A stretch of DNA of 63,377 bases, the filler included, from Stramenopiles sp. TOSAG23-2 (taxonomy: Eukaryota): NCBI GenBank assembly GCA_900128395.1. It is 10 parts of 10 records of this genome, joined end to end, with 100 filler letters (N's around TTAATTAATTAA, not from the genome) between each part and the next. Parts side by side here need not be neighbours in the genome. Positions count along the whole stretch, not along the records: positions 19,129 to 25,400 come from LT650494.1; positions 25,501 to 31,768 come from LT650495.1; positions 31,869 to 38,100 come from LT650496.1; 7 more parts are not named here. The stretch is one strand, 5' to 3'. The stretch's first letter is position 1. Each line of letters opens with the position of its first letter. Shown piece after piece: positions 24,343-35,500 of the stretch. The notes beneath the pieces were generated by a model. It made no database searches. It saw nothing but the letters and a program-made list of their open reading frames with translations, and had not been told where the DNA came from. The position numbers and the translations under genes are program-made.

Positions 24343-25101
24343 ATGGCACGTATTGCATCAATTAAAGATTTGAACAAAACGGAAGATGATGATAAGAGCA
24401 AAGGTCAAGAATTTTACGCGGGTGGTGCTGGTAGAAATGGTGGAAGTGGTGTATCTGTAGTGGGTCCAAATAGCGGAAATAATAATAACAAAATTGATAA
24501 CATTATGAAAAAAGCATCTGAAGGTCAAGGTGGTCGCCAAGGAGGTGGTACATCGTTTAAAATAACTTTTTACAAAGATGCATTCCAAGTTGATGATGGA
24601 CCAATCCGAATGTTAAACGATCCAGCAAATCAAAAATTTGTGGATGAAGTGTCACAAGGATACGCACCGAAGGAATTAATTGATCAAGGTGGTAATGCAC
24701 CAGAAATTGATATCATTGATAAACGTTCTGAAAATGCACCAACGAACGTTCAGCCAAAATTTAAATCATTCGAAGGTTCTGGTGTATCTCTAGGTGGTAG
24801 TAAAAAGAAAGCAGCTAGCAGTACGGTATTTACTGTGCAAAACGGAAAGGAAGCAGCTGTTGATACATCTAAACCAACTACTAGAATTCAGATTAAATTA
24901 CCAAATGGCAAACGTGCGGTTGGAAAGTTTAATAAAACACACACGGTGAAAGAGTTAGTAGATTTTGTAAATTTAAATGTAAGTGGCATTCAATCCTATC
25001 AACTTTTGGCTGGAAGGCCACCAAAAGCAATTGAGCATTGTGACAAAACACTTGATGCAATGGGTTTATGCAATGCAAGTTTGGTAGTACAAAGTGTTTA
25101 A
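24343..25101 (+). CDS. p47/Shp1/UBXN2-family p97 adaptor (SEP + SHP box + UBX, no UBA)
   Basis: 'EFYAGG', SEP 'ITFYKDAFQVDDGPIR..NDPANQKF....GYAPKEL', SHP box 'FEGSGVSLGG', UBX 'TTRIQIKLPNGKR...FNKTHTV...GRPPK'. Confidence 0.9.
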   Translation: MARIASIKDLNKTEDDDKSKGQEFYAGGAGRNGGSGVSVVGPNSGNNNNKIDNIMKKASEGQGGRQGGGTSFKITFYKDAFQVDDGPIRMLNDPANQKFVDEVSQGYAPKELIDQGGNAPEIDIIDKRSENAPTNVQPKFKSFEGSGVSLGGSKKKAASSTVFTVQNGKEAAVDTSKPTTRIQIKLPNGKRAVGKFNKTHTVKELVDFVNLNVSGIQSYQLLAGRPPKAIEHCDKTLDAMGLCNASLVVQSV

Positions 25102-26735
25102 GAAATATGAAATGGGACACCGAAAAAGAAGAAAAGGGGTGGGGGGGTTAAAAACAAATGTATTAAAATATAGGCATATATATGATATGCCTAGTCTTTT
25201 ATCATATCATAATATATAAAATGTTCTCTTACTCATATATTATACAAATTTTGTTTTTTTTATTTTTTACCGTATATTTTCTCAAGTACAATACGAAGTA
25301 TATTTTATATGATAATGAACATATAAGATACACATATATATATTTACATTTAGATTGATTAAACCATGTGATTTACAACTTTATGAAGGAGTATCTCTTT
25401 NNNNNNNNNNNNNNNNNNNNNNNNNNNNNNNNNNNNNNNNNNNNTTAATTAATTAANNNNNNNNNNNNNNNNNNNNNNNNNNNNNNNNNNNNNNNNNNNN
25501 ATATAATTTTGTTGTATCATTACTATTTTCGTTATACTTGTTATTTATTTTATCTTTTTGCGTGTGCGGCGATATGTACATAATGATTTTATGGCTTGTA
25601 TAGTTGATAGATAATAGCAGTAGATATTTAATGAAGTGATTTTTGTTTATCTATTTGTTTATCCAAACAAAAATCTTCGATTATACTCGGTATATTTATA
25701 TAAATTTTCAGGAGTACCTTTTTTTTTTCTTTTTCCGGCTCCGCAGCCTGCCCTAAGGCCTGGCTCTATTCCTCGTATACTGTATTCCCTAGATTTTCGC
25801 CTAGCAGGCGTGTAAAGGGCACTTCTGCCATTTCCGTAAAAAAATTGCCGCAGGTATCCTTGCAAAGTTGAAATTACAAGGGAATAGCATTGGCGCAATT
25901 CTGCCAAAAATTCCCAACCGAAAATCTGAACTCGCCCAACTTTTTTTTCCAAATCCCTTAAAACGACCCAAAAAATGCCCCGAATGGGAGCGATTTTCAA
26001 ATACTGCAGCTTTGAATTCTGGAAAAAGGACCGAAACAGCCACATTAGCATGGGAATAGAAGGCGCACAATATTGCCTGCTATTGCGATATAATTAAATT
26101 CGGATATGTAAAGAATATGCTAGCAGGTAAATAACACGCTTAATATGGTGAAAAAAAATGGCTTTCTTTTATGATATTTACTATGAAGATACAACTATTA
26201 CACCCGCGAACGCATATATAAAAAACAATGTAAAATTAAAAAACAAACATACAATGGAAAATTAAAAGAAAAAAACAATATAACAATAATAAAGGAAATA
26301 ATACAAAATAAAATATCATGGGCAAATTGATGTTGTAACACATGCACATGGGTGTATGAAAATAAAAATGTCGTGCGAGTAAAAAAAATAAATAAATGTA
26401 TGTGTATTATAAATTGTCTATATATTTTTTGAACTATATGATGTATTTTCAATCATCGACAAGGCAATATCATGGATGGCTATTCGACTTCGTAGCCAAT
26501 TCTCCACCCATGCTACGCCCTTATCCCCACAAATGGGATATAGAAACCTAGCCAAAAGGAAGGCAGTGGAGTGGTTCAAAATAACCGCATCGAAAAATCA
26601 TCATTTCTATAATAAAAAATAATAATTTACATTTTTTCAATCAATTTATTATTGAACCGTGTACCAAAACAAAACCACTTTGTGAAATCATAACATATTG
26701 CAAACCTATTTATTGATATATACCGTAGAGTGGAT

Positions 26736-28730
26736 ATGACAACAATTAATATGGCAACGTTGTCTAGCGACCCATCGTATGAACCGAAAGAAAAAAAAAC
26801 AATAGTTGTGGATCAAGAAGAGGTGACTCGTAGCCCTTCTGAAGTTTCCCTTGAGTTAACTACACCACCAAAACGTTCCAAACGCAGAGATACAGTTGTT
26901 CGTGTGAACATAAAGTTTTGTACTCATGTTGGATTACAAGGTGTCGTTGTCTTATTATTTATGTTAGCCATAGCTGGCTTGTTTGGTTACATAATATACC
27001 AGTACACGTCGTATTTTAACAATTTTCATCGAGAGTTTGTCTGGCTGTTTATGTTGATGGGGCTGATCTATTTTCTAGCCGTCTTGTGGTTTACAAAGAG
27101 GTGGAAGAAGATTGCCGACGACTACACGAAACGTGCTACCGGGAGAAATAGGAAAAGTTCAGGAGGAAATACGCTTCTAAAATGGTATTCAAAAACCTTT
27201 ATCAATGGTCCTTTCTTTTTGTGGAAACTTTATATCATAGAATTTTGTGAGAGTATCAACCAGTTGATTAATTTTTTCACGGTGTATTTATGTTCACTCC
27301 CAGTTGAATGGAGTGCTGGCTTCGCTGTTGCTTTAGGAATAGACAGTTTTTTTCGTGGGTATGGTGTATTGCAGAAAAATACTCCTATACGTAGAGACCG
27401 ACAAGTAAAAATCGATATAGGAATGGATTTTTTCTGCATAGCGTTTCCTCTGTTCATGATGTGGTTTCGATATGAGGTACCGATATCTGTGCATGATATG
27501 ATACAAATTGTATTGTTTCCAGCCTTCTCTTTTTGGATGAAATCACGTTCCATCTTTAGGGAAATTATCCGAGTCAAAAGTGTTCAGGTGGTATTGAAAG
27601 AGGAAGATGTTATTGCTAAAAGTTTAAAACGTCGCCGTAAAAGTATTTATTTGGAGGATGAAACCATCAAGATAGCAAGAAAACAACAAAATATAATCCC
27701 GTACAAAGTTCGTGTTGGGTTTGTTGTGTACAATGTGTTGTATGGACTGTTTTTATTTGTTGTCGTAATTGTTCATTTAGCTACACAAAACAAAACTTGT
27801 AAATCGTCGTTATTATGGGACAGCTGTCTGATCAAAACGCCTTTTTGTGGCAATGCCTTTAGCCCCACCTGTAATTGCGTCGTATTGAATGTTCGAAGAC
27901 ACAATTGGACAACATTACCGGATGAAATACAGGAAATGAATGCATTAAAAGTGATGCAAATCAATCATGGGCCGTTGGAGGTGATTCCAGACGGGTTTGA
28001 TAAGAGTTTCAGTAAAGTAAGTCTTTTGGATTTGAGTCATAATCAATTGACAGATATACCGGAAAGTTTGGGTAACATGAAAACCAATAGATTGAAATTA
28101 ACAGATAATAATTTAGAAGCTTTACCAGATAGTATATGGGAAAGTAAAGATTTGTTTTGGTTACAATTGGATAACAATAATATTTCCAAAATTTCTCCGT
28201 TGATAAAAAATGCTCAATCCTTGATGATTTTTACCACCAGTAATAATAGCTTGTCCATTCTCCCAGCAGAAATGTTTATCAACAGCAAAACAAACGTTAA
28301 TTCAAAATTGGTATCGTTATTTGTTGATGGTAATTTTCTGAAAGAAATACCACAGGAAATTCGCTACGCAAGTTCACTAAAAAATTTTGGAATTAATAAC
28401 AACCATATCTCAAATGTACCAAAAGAAATAAATATGTTAAATAGACTTTATGATATCGATTTAAGAAACAATACAATCGAAGACCTTCCGAAAGAATTTA
28501 CAGAGTTAAAGAATACACTTAAATTTATATATCTTCATGGCAATTCAATTTGTTCAAATAGATGGTTAGATGAAGAGAAAGATATTAAAGTGATGATAGA
28601 GAAAGTGCCTGAAGCTGGATGTACTGCGCAGTGTTCAATTTATTGCCAAGATAGATTTAAAGGGGATGGTGAATGCGATTCATTTTGTAACACTGAACCA
28701 TGCGGGTTTGACGGCGGAGATTGCCTATAA
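26736..28730 (+). CDS. Multi-pass membrane protein with C-terminal LRR domain and LNR (Lin-12/Notch) repeat
   Basis: Several hydrophobic TM segments, a Cys-rich cap, about nine LRRs ('LDLSHNQLTDIPESLGNM', 'LQLDNNNISKI', 'IDLRNNTIEDLP') and terminal 'CSIYCQDRFKGDGECDSFCNTEPCGFDGGDC'. First ATG at 26736. Confidence 0.85.
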   Translation: MTTINMATLSSDPSYEPKEKKTIVVDQEEVTRSPSEVSLELTTPPKRSKRRDTVVRVNIKFCTHVGLQGVVVLLFMLAIAGLFGYIIYQYTSYFNNFHREFVWLFMLMGLIYFLAVLWFTKRWKKIADDYTKRATGRNRKSSGGNTLLKWYSKTFINGPFFLWKLYIIEFCESINQLINFFTVYLCSLPVEWSAGFAVALGIDSFFRGYGVLQKNTPIRRDRQVKIDIGMDFFCIAFPLFMMWFRYEVPISVHDMIQIVLFPAFSFWMKSRSIFREIIRVKSVQVVLKEEDVIAKSLKRRRKSIYLEDETIKIARKQQNIIPYKVRVGFVVYNVLYGLFLFVVVIVHLATQNKTCKSSLLWDSCLIKTPFCGNAFSPTCNCVVLNVRRHNWTTLPDEIQEMNALKVMQINHGPLEVIPDGFDKSFSKVSLLDLSHNQLTDIPESLGNMKTNRLKLTDNNLEALPDSIWESKDLFWLQLDNNNISKISPLIKNAQSLMIFTTSNNSLSILPAEMFINSKTNVNSKLVSLFVDGNFLKEIPQEIRYASSLKNFGINNNHISNVPKEINMLNRLYDIDLRNNTIEDLPKEFTELKNTLKFIYLHGNSICSNRWLDEEKDIKVMIEKVPEAGCTAQCSIYCQDRFKGDGECDSFCNTEPCGFDGGDCL

Positions 28731-28811
28731 GGCGTGTGTGTAAAATTTATAATACCTCGTATTTTTAAATATAGAGAGCGCTGAGCTAAGAGTCAAAGTA
28801 AAAATATCCAC

Positions 28812-29396
28812 TGCTGATTTTATAAAATGAAATATAAAAAAATTTTCATTAAAATAATACCAATTTACAATTCTATCATTTATATCAAATACACCAAAAC
28901 GTGTTGTTCCATTTAATTTATCAAAATAAAGTGGCAATTCTCCTTTTATTATATTATTTTCATCATATTTTAATGGGAGATCTGGAACAATCATTTTATT
29001 ACCAGTAAATGTTGCTTCATGAATCATACCATTATTAATAAGTGAAATATTTTGTTGATCAAGTAAATTCATATTTTTATCGAAAATATTAAATATAAAT
29101 TTTCCATCTTTAAAATTGTAATTATTGTATCCATACAAATATAAAAGATCTCTCTTTTTATCTATAATAGGATGTGCAGTAGTACTAAAAATATTTTCAT
29201 AATTATTAAATCTCCCATTAGTACTAATATTAAAATTTTTATAATCTATATTTAATTCGTATGGTTTATCTCCTTCGTGTAATGCATACAATTTTCTATT
29301 CCAATATAATAATGCGGTATTTGCAGTTCCTTTGTCTTTATTTATAATATTTAATTTTTCAAATAGAGTATATTGGATAGCTTTAACATGTTTTAC
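28812..29396 (-). pseudogene. Carotenoid cleavage oxygenase (RPE65 superfamily) internal fragment
   Basis: 'KGTANTALLYWNRKLYALHEGDKPYEL', 'TTAHP', 'GMIHE', 'PDLPL', 'TRFGVF', 'FFIFHF'. No start codon (in-frame TGA at 29397-29399) and similarity ends shortly after the third His ligand. Confidence 0.8.
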
Positions 29397-29900
29397 TCAA
29401 AAAATTATGAAAAAATGATATCTGTGCGTTTAAACTTCATTAATATGTTCACTAAGTATGTATATTTGAAACATGAACTAACAAAAAACGTAGGAACATG
29501 GGGGCCCGGGGTCCCGACGTTCCTACGTATCTTTCCCGATGAAGACGTACAAAAAATATTTTTGGAATTAAACAACGTCATTGTTTTGATTCCTGAAATA
29601 AGCGCAAGGACGTATATGTTAATCCAGGATCGATACAAAAAGTCCAATGGTGTACTAGTTTGTTGTCCAAAATGTAAAACAAATATTTATGTGAAACCTC
29701 TTGGATTTGCACGACACAATTTTCGTGTATATGATATTAATGCAGTCTTTAATGCAATATCGTATGAATATAAGTGTCACTACCAACTTTGCCAATTTTC
29801 CGTTGAACTATTTTTCATATTTTTCCATCAATTTTTACCTATGGATATAGTGTGTGCTGGTGTGCCAGGCGGCTATAAGAATTTAAGGCAAGAAAAGTGA
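29373..29900 (+). other. Short ORF with a Cys cluster, possibly a transposon-derived zinc-ribbon remnant
   Basis: 'VCCPKCKTNIYVKPLGFARHNFRVYDINAVFNAISYEYKC' has a CP.C...G....RV.D....Y.C spacing that I associate with transposon-linked Zn ribbons; unverified. Confidence 0.25.
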
Positions 29901-29959
29901 CAATTTGTGTATGTGTTTTTTTACTTTTTCCTTAAACAAATATATATATATATACAAGG

Positions 29960-30901
29960 TCAAAAATGCAATATCATGCTGTTTACTTCACTCCAATACC
30001 TAAGGCTTGGATCCTTACATTTAATGTTACATTTTCCATTTTCATTTAAGCGACAGTATGCTATTTTCGACTTCCAACATATAGTTTTTGTTGCGATTTT
30101 AAACATTTTTTCTCGTTTTATCCACCCTGCTAAAAATTCATCACTTCGTTTCGAATTCACTGTGAAACTAAAATTTGGAACATGATGTATTACCATTGGA
30201 AAAAAAGAATACGCTTGAGTTGATGAGTGAAGAACACCATCAACAGCACCACCCTCAGCATTTGGGTACGTCGACAGTGCAAGTTTTTCCATACCACTCA
30301 CACTCATTGCATATGCAACTGTGCCCCATGAATTTACTTGGACAAAATTGTTTGCAAACACTGGCTTGCTTAAGCTTTTCATTGCATTTGGATTGTGGCA
30401 AAAATAAAAATATTCCCAATTTTTTACACTATTTAAAAACTTAGAAAGTTCGTACAATTTGTACTGAAAGGAATCAACGAACGATTTTGTGAAAGATATA
30501 TCATCTTCAAATACCAAAATTCTTTTATATGTATTTTTTAAAGCATCAATTGCAATATTTTTATGAGATTGCCATGCACCACGATGACCATGTTCCCGGT
30601 CTAGTATACCAACAATAAACTTTACCTGGTTTTCAAGACCAACTTTTTTCAATTCTATCATTAAAGGACCGCGCCTTTCTTTGTTCCAAGGACTAGTGAT
30701 ACAATAAATTTCATCAAACATATCCCAACTTCCACTTTGATCCGTCTCTTTTGTTGGTACCATGCTGTAGTTGAGAGCTACATAATACAGGATGCAAAAA
30801 GATACTACAATAACTATATTCAATTTGATAACATATGGAAAATATTTCGATGGGCGAAGCTTGTATTTCTTTCCCTTCGTCTTGATTTTATTTATAATCA
30901 T
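29960..30901 (-). CDS. Glycosyltransferase family 25-like type II membrane protein
   Basis: N-terminal TM anchor, 'FDEIYCIT...ERR', 'GAWQSHKNIA', 'ILVFEDD', 'GTVAYAMS..GMEKL'. Confidence 0.8.
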   Translation of the reverse strand: MIINKIKTKGKKYKLRPSKYFPYVIKLNIVIVVSFCILYYVALNYSMVPTKETDQSGSWDMFDEIYCITSPWNKERRGPLMIELKKVGLENQVKFIVGILDREHGHRGAWQSHKNIAIDALKNTYKRILVFEDDISFTKSFVDSFQYKLYELSKFLNSVKNWEYFYFCHNPNAMKSLSKPVFANNFVQVNSWGTVAYAMSVSGMEKLALSTYPNAEGGAVDGVLHSSTQAYSFFPMVIHHVPNFSFTVNSKRSDEFLAGWIKREKMFKIATKTICWKSKIAYCRLNENGKCNIKCKDPSLRYWSEVNSMILHF

Positions 30902-31407
30902 AGTTTTTGTTCGGACAGGTGATATTATTCTGTAAAATTTTGGTTTAGTTTCTTGCCTGCAAAATAAAAATCCACATAAATAAAATCAGATAAAACGTCT
31001 AGAGTTTGCAGTGTAAGTTACATGTATATACATATGCGAGTATTAGCATATAGCGGGGTTTCCTGAGTACCCAGACAAATTTTCATTACTAGCGTTGTGT
31101 GTTCCGACTATTTCATTACTAGTCGGAACACACGACGCTTTTGGGAATATTTTAAGGTAAACCGTCTTTTTCAAGGCCTGTGTAGTGCTAACTCGATGAA
31201 ATTAATATTTACATCAAATTGATCCATATATTTATCAATAGTAATACACTTTATTTTTAAAAGCTCTAATGCTATTCTAATGGTAGGTTTTGTACTTAAT
31301 GCAAATCCACACAAGGAATATATTTTGGCCGAGGCAATTTGGCAAAAAATTTAAGGAATTTTTTATTAAAAACTACCAATTTTATAGGTCTTCCACTCGA
31401 AAAATAG

Positions 31408-31677
31408 ATCAAATGAATTATTTCAATTATTATTATAAAATAAATTAATTTTATACAACATTTTTTATATTTTCAATTTTTACATGTAAAATTGAATAAA
31501 ATCGATTAATATTTGGTCGTATCTTAATCTTATAATCATATTATCAAATGAATTATTTCAATTATTATTATAAAATAAATTAATTTTATACAACATTTTT
31601 TATATTTTCAATTTTTACATGTAAAATTGAATAAAATCGATTAATATTTGGTCGTATCTTAATCTTATAATCATATT
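31408..31677. repeat. Perfect tandem duplication, period 135 bp, intergenic
   Basis: atcaaatgaattatttc...ttataatcatatt at 31408-31542 and 31543-31677. Confidence 0.92.
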
Positions 31678-32540
31678 AATCAAGAAAAGTATAACTTTTA
31701 GTATGTTTTGATTACATTAAATATATTTTTTCACCATACGATGATAATTTATCAAAATATAAAGATGANNNNNNNNNNNNNNNNNNNNNNNNNNNNNNNN
31801 NNNNNNNNNNNNTTAATTAATTAANNNNNNNNNNNNNNNNNNNNNNNNNNNNNNNNNNNNNNNNNNNNGTACAGATGGCTGTACCTGCGAAAGAAGAAAT
31901 CTGTACCTAAAAGTGATTTAATTAGATTTTTTATACTTTTAACTTTAATTTTCTTACTTTATACTGTCCATATACTATACTTGTATTATACTTATTAGTT
32001 TACCAGCCGAAAAAAAACATTCAATACCAAAAAAAATAAGAAAAGAAGGGGAAAAAGGACAAAGGAAAAAGATGAAGAATAAAAAAAGTATAGCTGGATA
32101 GCACTAGAGCAACGTGCTATAAAAATAGACTATTAACAATGATAATAAAAAAAAAAACAGAATGTATAGTGCAATGCTATATACCACTGGTAGTCTACCT
32201 GAAATAATAATAATATTCGCTCGTTAATTCTTGACATTCTAGCATTATCTCATCCATTGTGCCATTATTATTATTAATTATTATTATATAATAATAGGTG
32301 CTTATAATAACAATATATATACAATAATAAATTGTATATCTACATATGCTATACTCAACATTAATATAGAACATAGAAAGGAATATATAAGATTTACAAG
32401 CAATAGCAGTGTCAGCTAATTTAAAAAAGAGTTGCACCAAGAAATAAACGCCGTGTGGTTATACATTTCATTAAGTAGTACTGCAACAATATACCAATTG
32501 TAGACATATTTAAAAAGAAAAAAACTGTAAACATTGAAGC

Positions 32541-35500
32541 ATGAACTTGATCAATATGTTTTACAATAAAACATATATTTTGATAGTCGTATTCATTTTT
32601 GTATCCTTTTTCCCACACGCTTGCACCAAATCTGTCATGCGTAAAGGCCAACGAAGAGCCCAAGGAGGAAGTGCCCATACCAGTGCTGTCAATGGCAAAA
32701 ATACTAACCAAGATCATGTAAACGTCATTTTTCGGAAAGGCAGCAGTGCATCGCAACACTTGAAAGCTCAAGGCAAAGCTTATCTTAATAATAATAAATA
32801 CAACTTGTTCACCAACTTCATAAAAGATAAAAATTTTGACCATGCGAAAATTAAAAAAGAGACCAGCTATGCCATTACCTACCCGTCTGCAAATACAGAC
32901 GAAGCATCATCTATAACAAATTCAGATAGCGACATGTATTATAATAGCCACAGCAACGGAAATGTTAAAAAGAATAATTTTAGATTCACTGCAAATAAAG
33001 CTTACATCAACTTGAGAAGTCGTTCTGAAATTCCCGATTTAGGAAAACATGCTAAAAAAGCTGTAAAGGCTGTTAAAAAATTGATAAATGGAGGTAAAAA
33101 GGGTGGATGCAAAGGAAAGAATGGTAAAGTTGGAAAAACAGGGAAAGGAGGCAAATGCGAGGATTTGGCCCCACCAAGAAATAACCTTCAGTCTACAGCT
33201 CTCAGTTTAAGTTCAAATATAGAAGATTTTTATGTACATCCTGACTTGGCAAAACCAATATTGATGAACAATTTAAAAAAGGAAGCAGAGCAAATGTATA
33301 AGAAGGCTCGTAAATTAAATGATATAACTTTTCCAGTGGTATTAGAAAGGTTTCTAAAAGACCCACCGAATCCTTTAAATTACCTTCCGAAAAAAATATG
33401 CATAATAGAATCAGATTTACGAAGAGCAGAGAGGGTCAAAAATTTGAAAATACCATGGACTCCTCCGTTTGTAGGTCCTAATCCAATAGATTGCAAACCA
33501 GTGGAACCAGAAAAACCTACATGTTGCACCTGTCAGCCACACCCGGAAGCACGAGAACCCGGTACCGGGACGGAAGATTTTGGCCCAAGAGCAGGGGAAG
33601 TGACTGGCGCAGGAGATTTTGATCCAAAGAAAGCAAATTTTAATGATATTTTCAATTTTTTACAAATTGGTTTTACAAAAGTTAATCAATTTTTGGGCAT
33701 TGGTACTATTGCACCAGAGAAGGAAAAAAAAGAAAAGCCAAAGCCTGCTGGCAAGCAAATTGAACCAGAAACAAAAAGCAAGACAAGTAAAAGTGGTAGA
33801 AAAGCCCAACCAAATAAATGTTGCGCATGCCCAAAAGATCCGGAAGAAGAAACACGCAAAACATTCAAGCTAAAAATGTTAATTTTATGCAATTTGGGTT
33901 GTAAAATTAGACGATATTGTGCTAATTGGCGGAAGTGGGAGCTTACACAGATTTTGAAGGACAGTCCTGATCCTGAGGCTGTAGATGAAGATGGCGACCC
34001 AATCAAACCAAGAGAATGGATGGTAGCAAGGCAATGTGATGTACAATATACCGAGCCATTGAGTGATGCACCAACCAAGAAGAAATGTTTAGACAGATGT
34101 GAAGAAGTTAGAAGACGGCTCAATTTTTCATGGAATCCACGGGATGATAAGTATGGATATGAGGAACCTAAACCACCGAAGAAGAAAAAGGAAAAGGTTC
34201 CTGGTGGCCCCGATAAAGGTGCCGCTGTATTATTACAATTGAGAAATACTGTAAAAAAAGCGTTTGAAGCAGAAACCAGTCCATCCTCTTTTTTAGAAAT
34301 GCAGGAATCTGTTAACATGATTAGAGACATGACCTACAAGCAAGCTGTTCTAGTAAGTTTGTACAGAGAAGCTCATCAAAAATCGATGAGGGATAAACTG
34401 AAGCATGAGGAGGAAAGCATAAAAAAAGGGATGGTAGACATGGAGTATGGAAGAAAAAAAAGTAGTCGAATTAGGCATAGAAAATTATTAAACTTGAAGC
34501 ATCCTGACATGCATGCAAAAACAAAGGATGCTGCTAATACTGCAAAAGATTTATTACAGCATAGGAAAGGTAAGTTTGGGGGGAAAGCGGATGGGATGAA
34601 GGATTTTATGAAGGAAGTAGCGAAAAGAGAGGAGGAAAAAGCTGAAGGTCATCCTGACGATGTTAAGTATTTTGATACCGTATTGCTTCGTGACGTTATA
34701 TTTCGTTATAACAATAAGCGACAACCATACGACCCGTATCCAAAACCAGATAAAGAAGCAATCAAGAAAATTAAAGAAGCAGCAGCAGAGGCATCTGCAG
34801 CATTGGGCGCAGGCGCAAAAGCAAAGGGTTCCAAAGGCACTGGCGGTGCAATTAAAGGTGGCAATGCTGGTTGCAAACCTGCTTGTCCTGGCAAAGATAC
34901 CCTTTTCGCATGTTTCAATACAGATTGGAGGTTCTATAAAGAATTGATTGCTAAATCGTTTGGAAAATCCCCAAATGGGAACACAGAATTAGTTAAAGCG
35001 TGGCAAGAATGTCCGAAAGATCCGACGGCAATTATTCCATGCGGAAATGGAAAAGATGGCGAATGCATTGATTTGAGAGTTAATAAATGTAAAATCGATA
35101 TTCTACATGGACACTGCCCAGGAAGTCATAATGTTAAATGTTGCCCAGTTGGTCAAGTCGATAGAGGAGAAGTAGAAGTGCCAGTTGAAAAGAAGGAGAA
35201 AAAAAAAATGTTAAATGAATCTGTAGACCCAAACTATACACCGCTGCCCGAAACGATAACAAATAAAGATGGTATTTGGCTTAAAAAGTTTGTCATCAGT
35301 ATGAGGTCGTTAGCATTAGGATTTTGGGCTGAACCAAATAAACTACCGAAAGAGTATAATTTTGTCAAAAAAGAATGGCTGCCTGTATTTCAAGGCGAAG
35401 AAATGATTCATTGTATGTGGAAAAAACAACGATGTGGTTATTGTAATGATACACAATTAGTATTTGCACCAAAAAAGGTGGAGGGCGTCGAAGATTACAT

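Noticed and set aside
25659-26070. Overlapping short ORFs in a locally GC-richer stretch
   Set aside because: No recognisable protein motifs or termini. Possibly repeat-derived, but unsupported from this window alone.
26460-26590. Relatively GC-rich island with small hairpins and a 'ccttttggcta' match to the U2 snRNA 5' stem on the minus strand
   Set aside because: No GUAGUA branch-recognition sequence, Sm site or ribozyme core recognisable. An Infernal/Rfam scan would be needed to claim an ncRNA.
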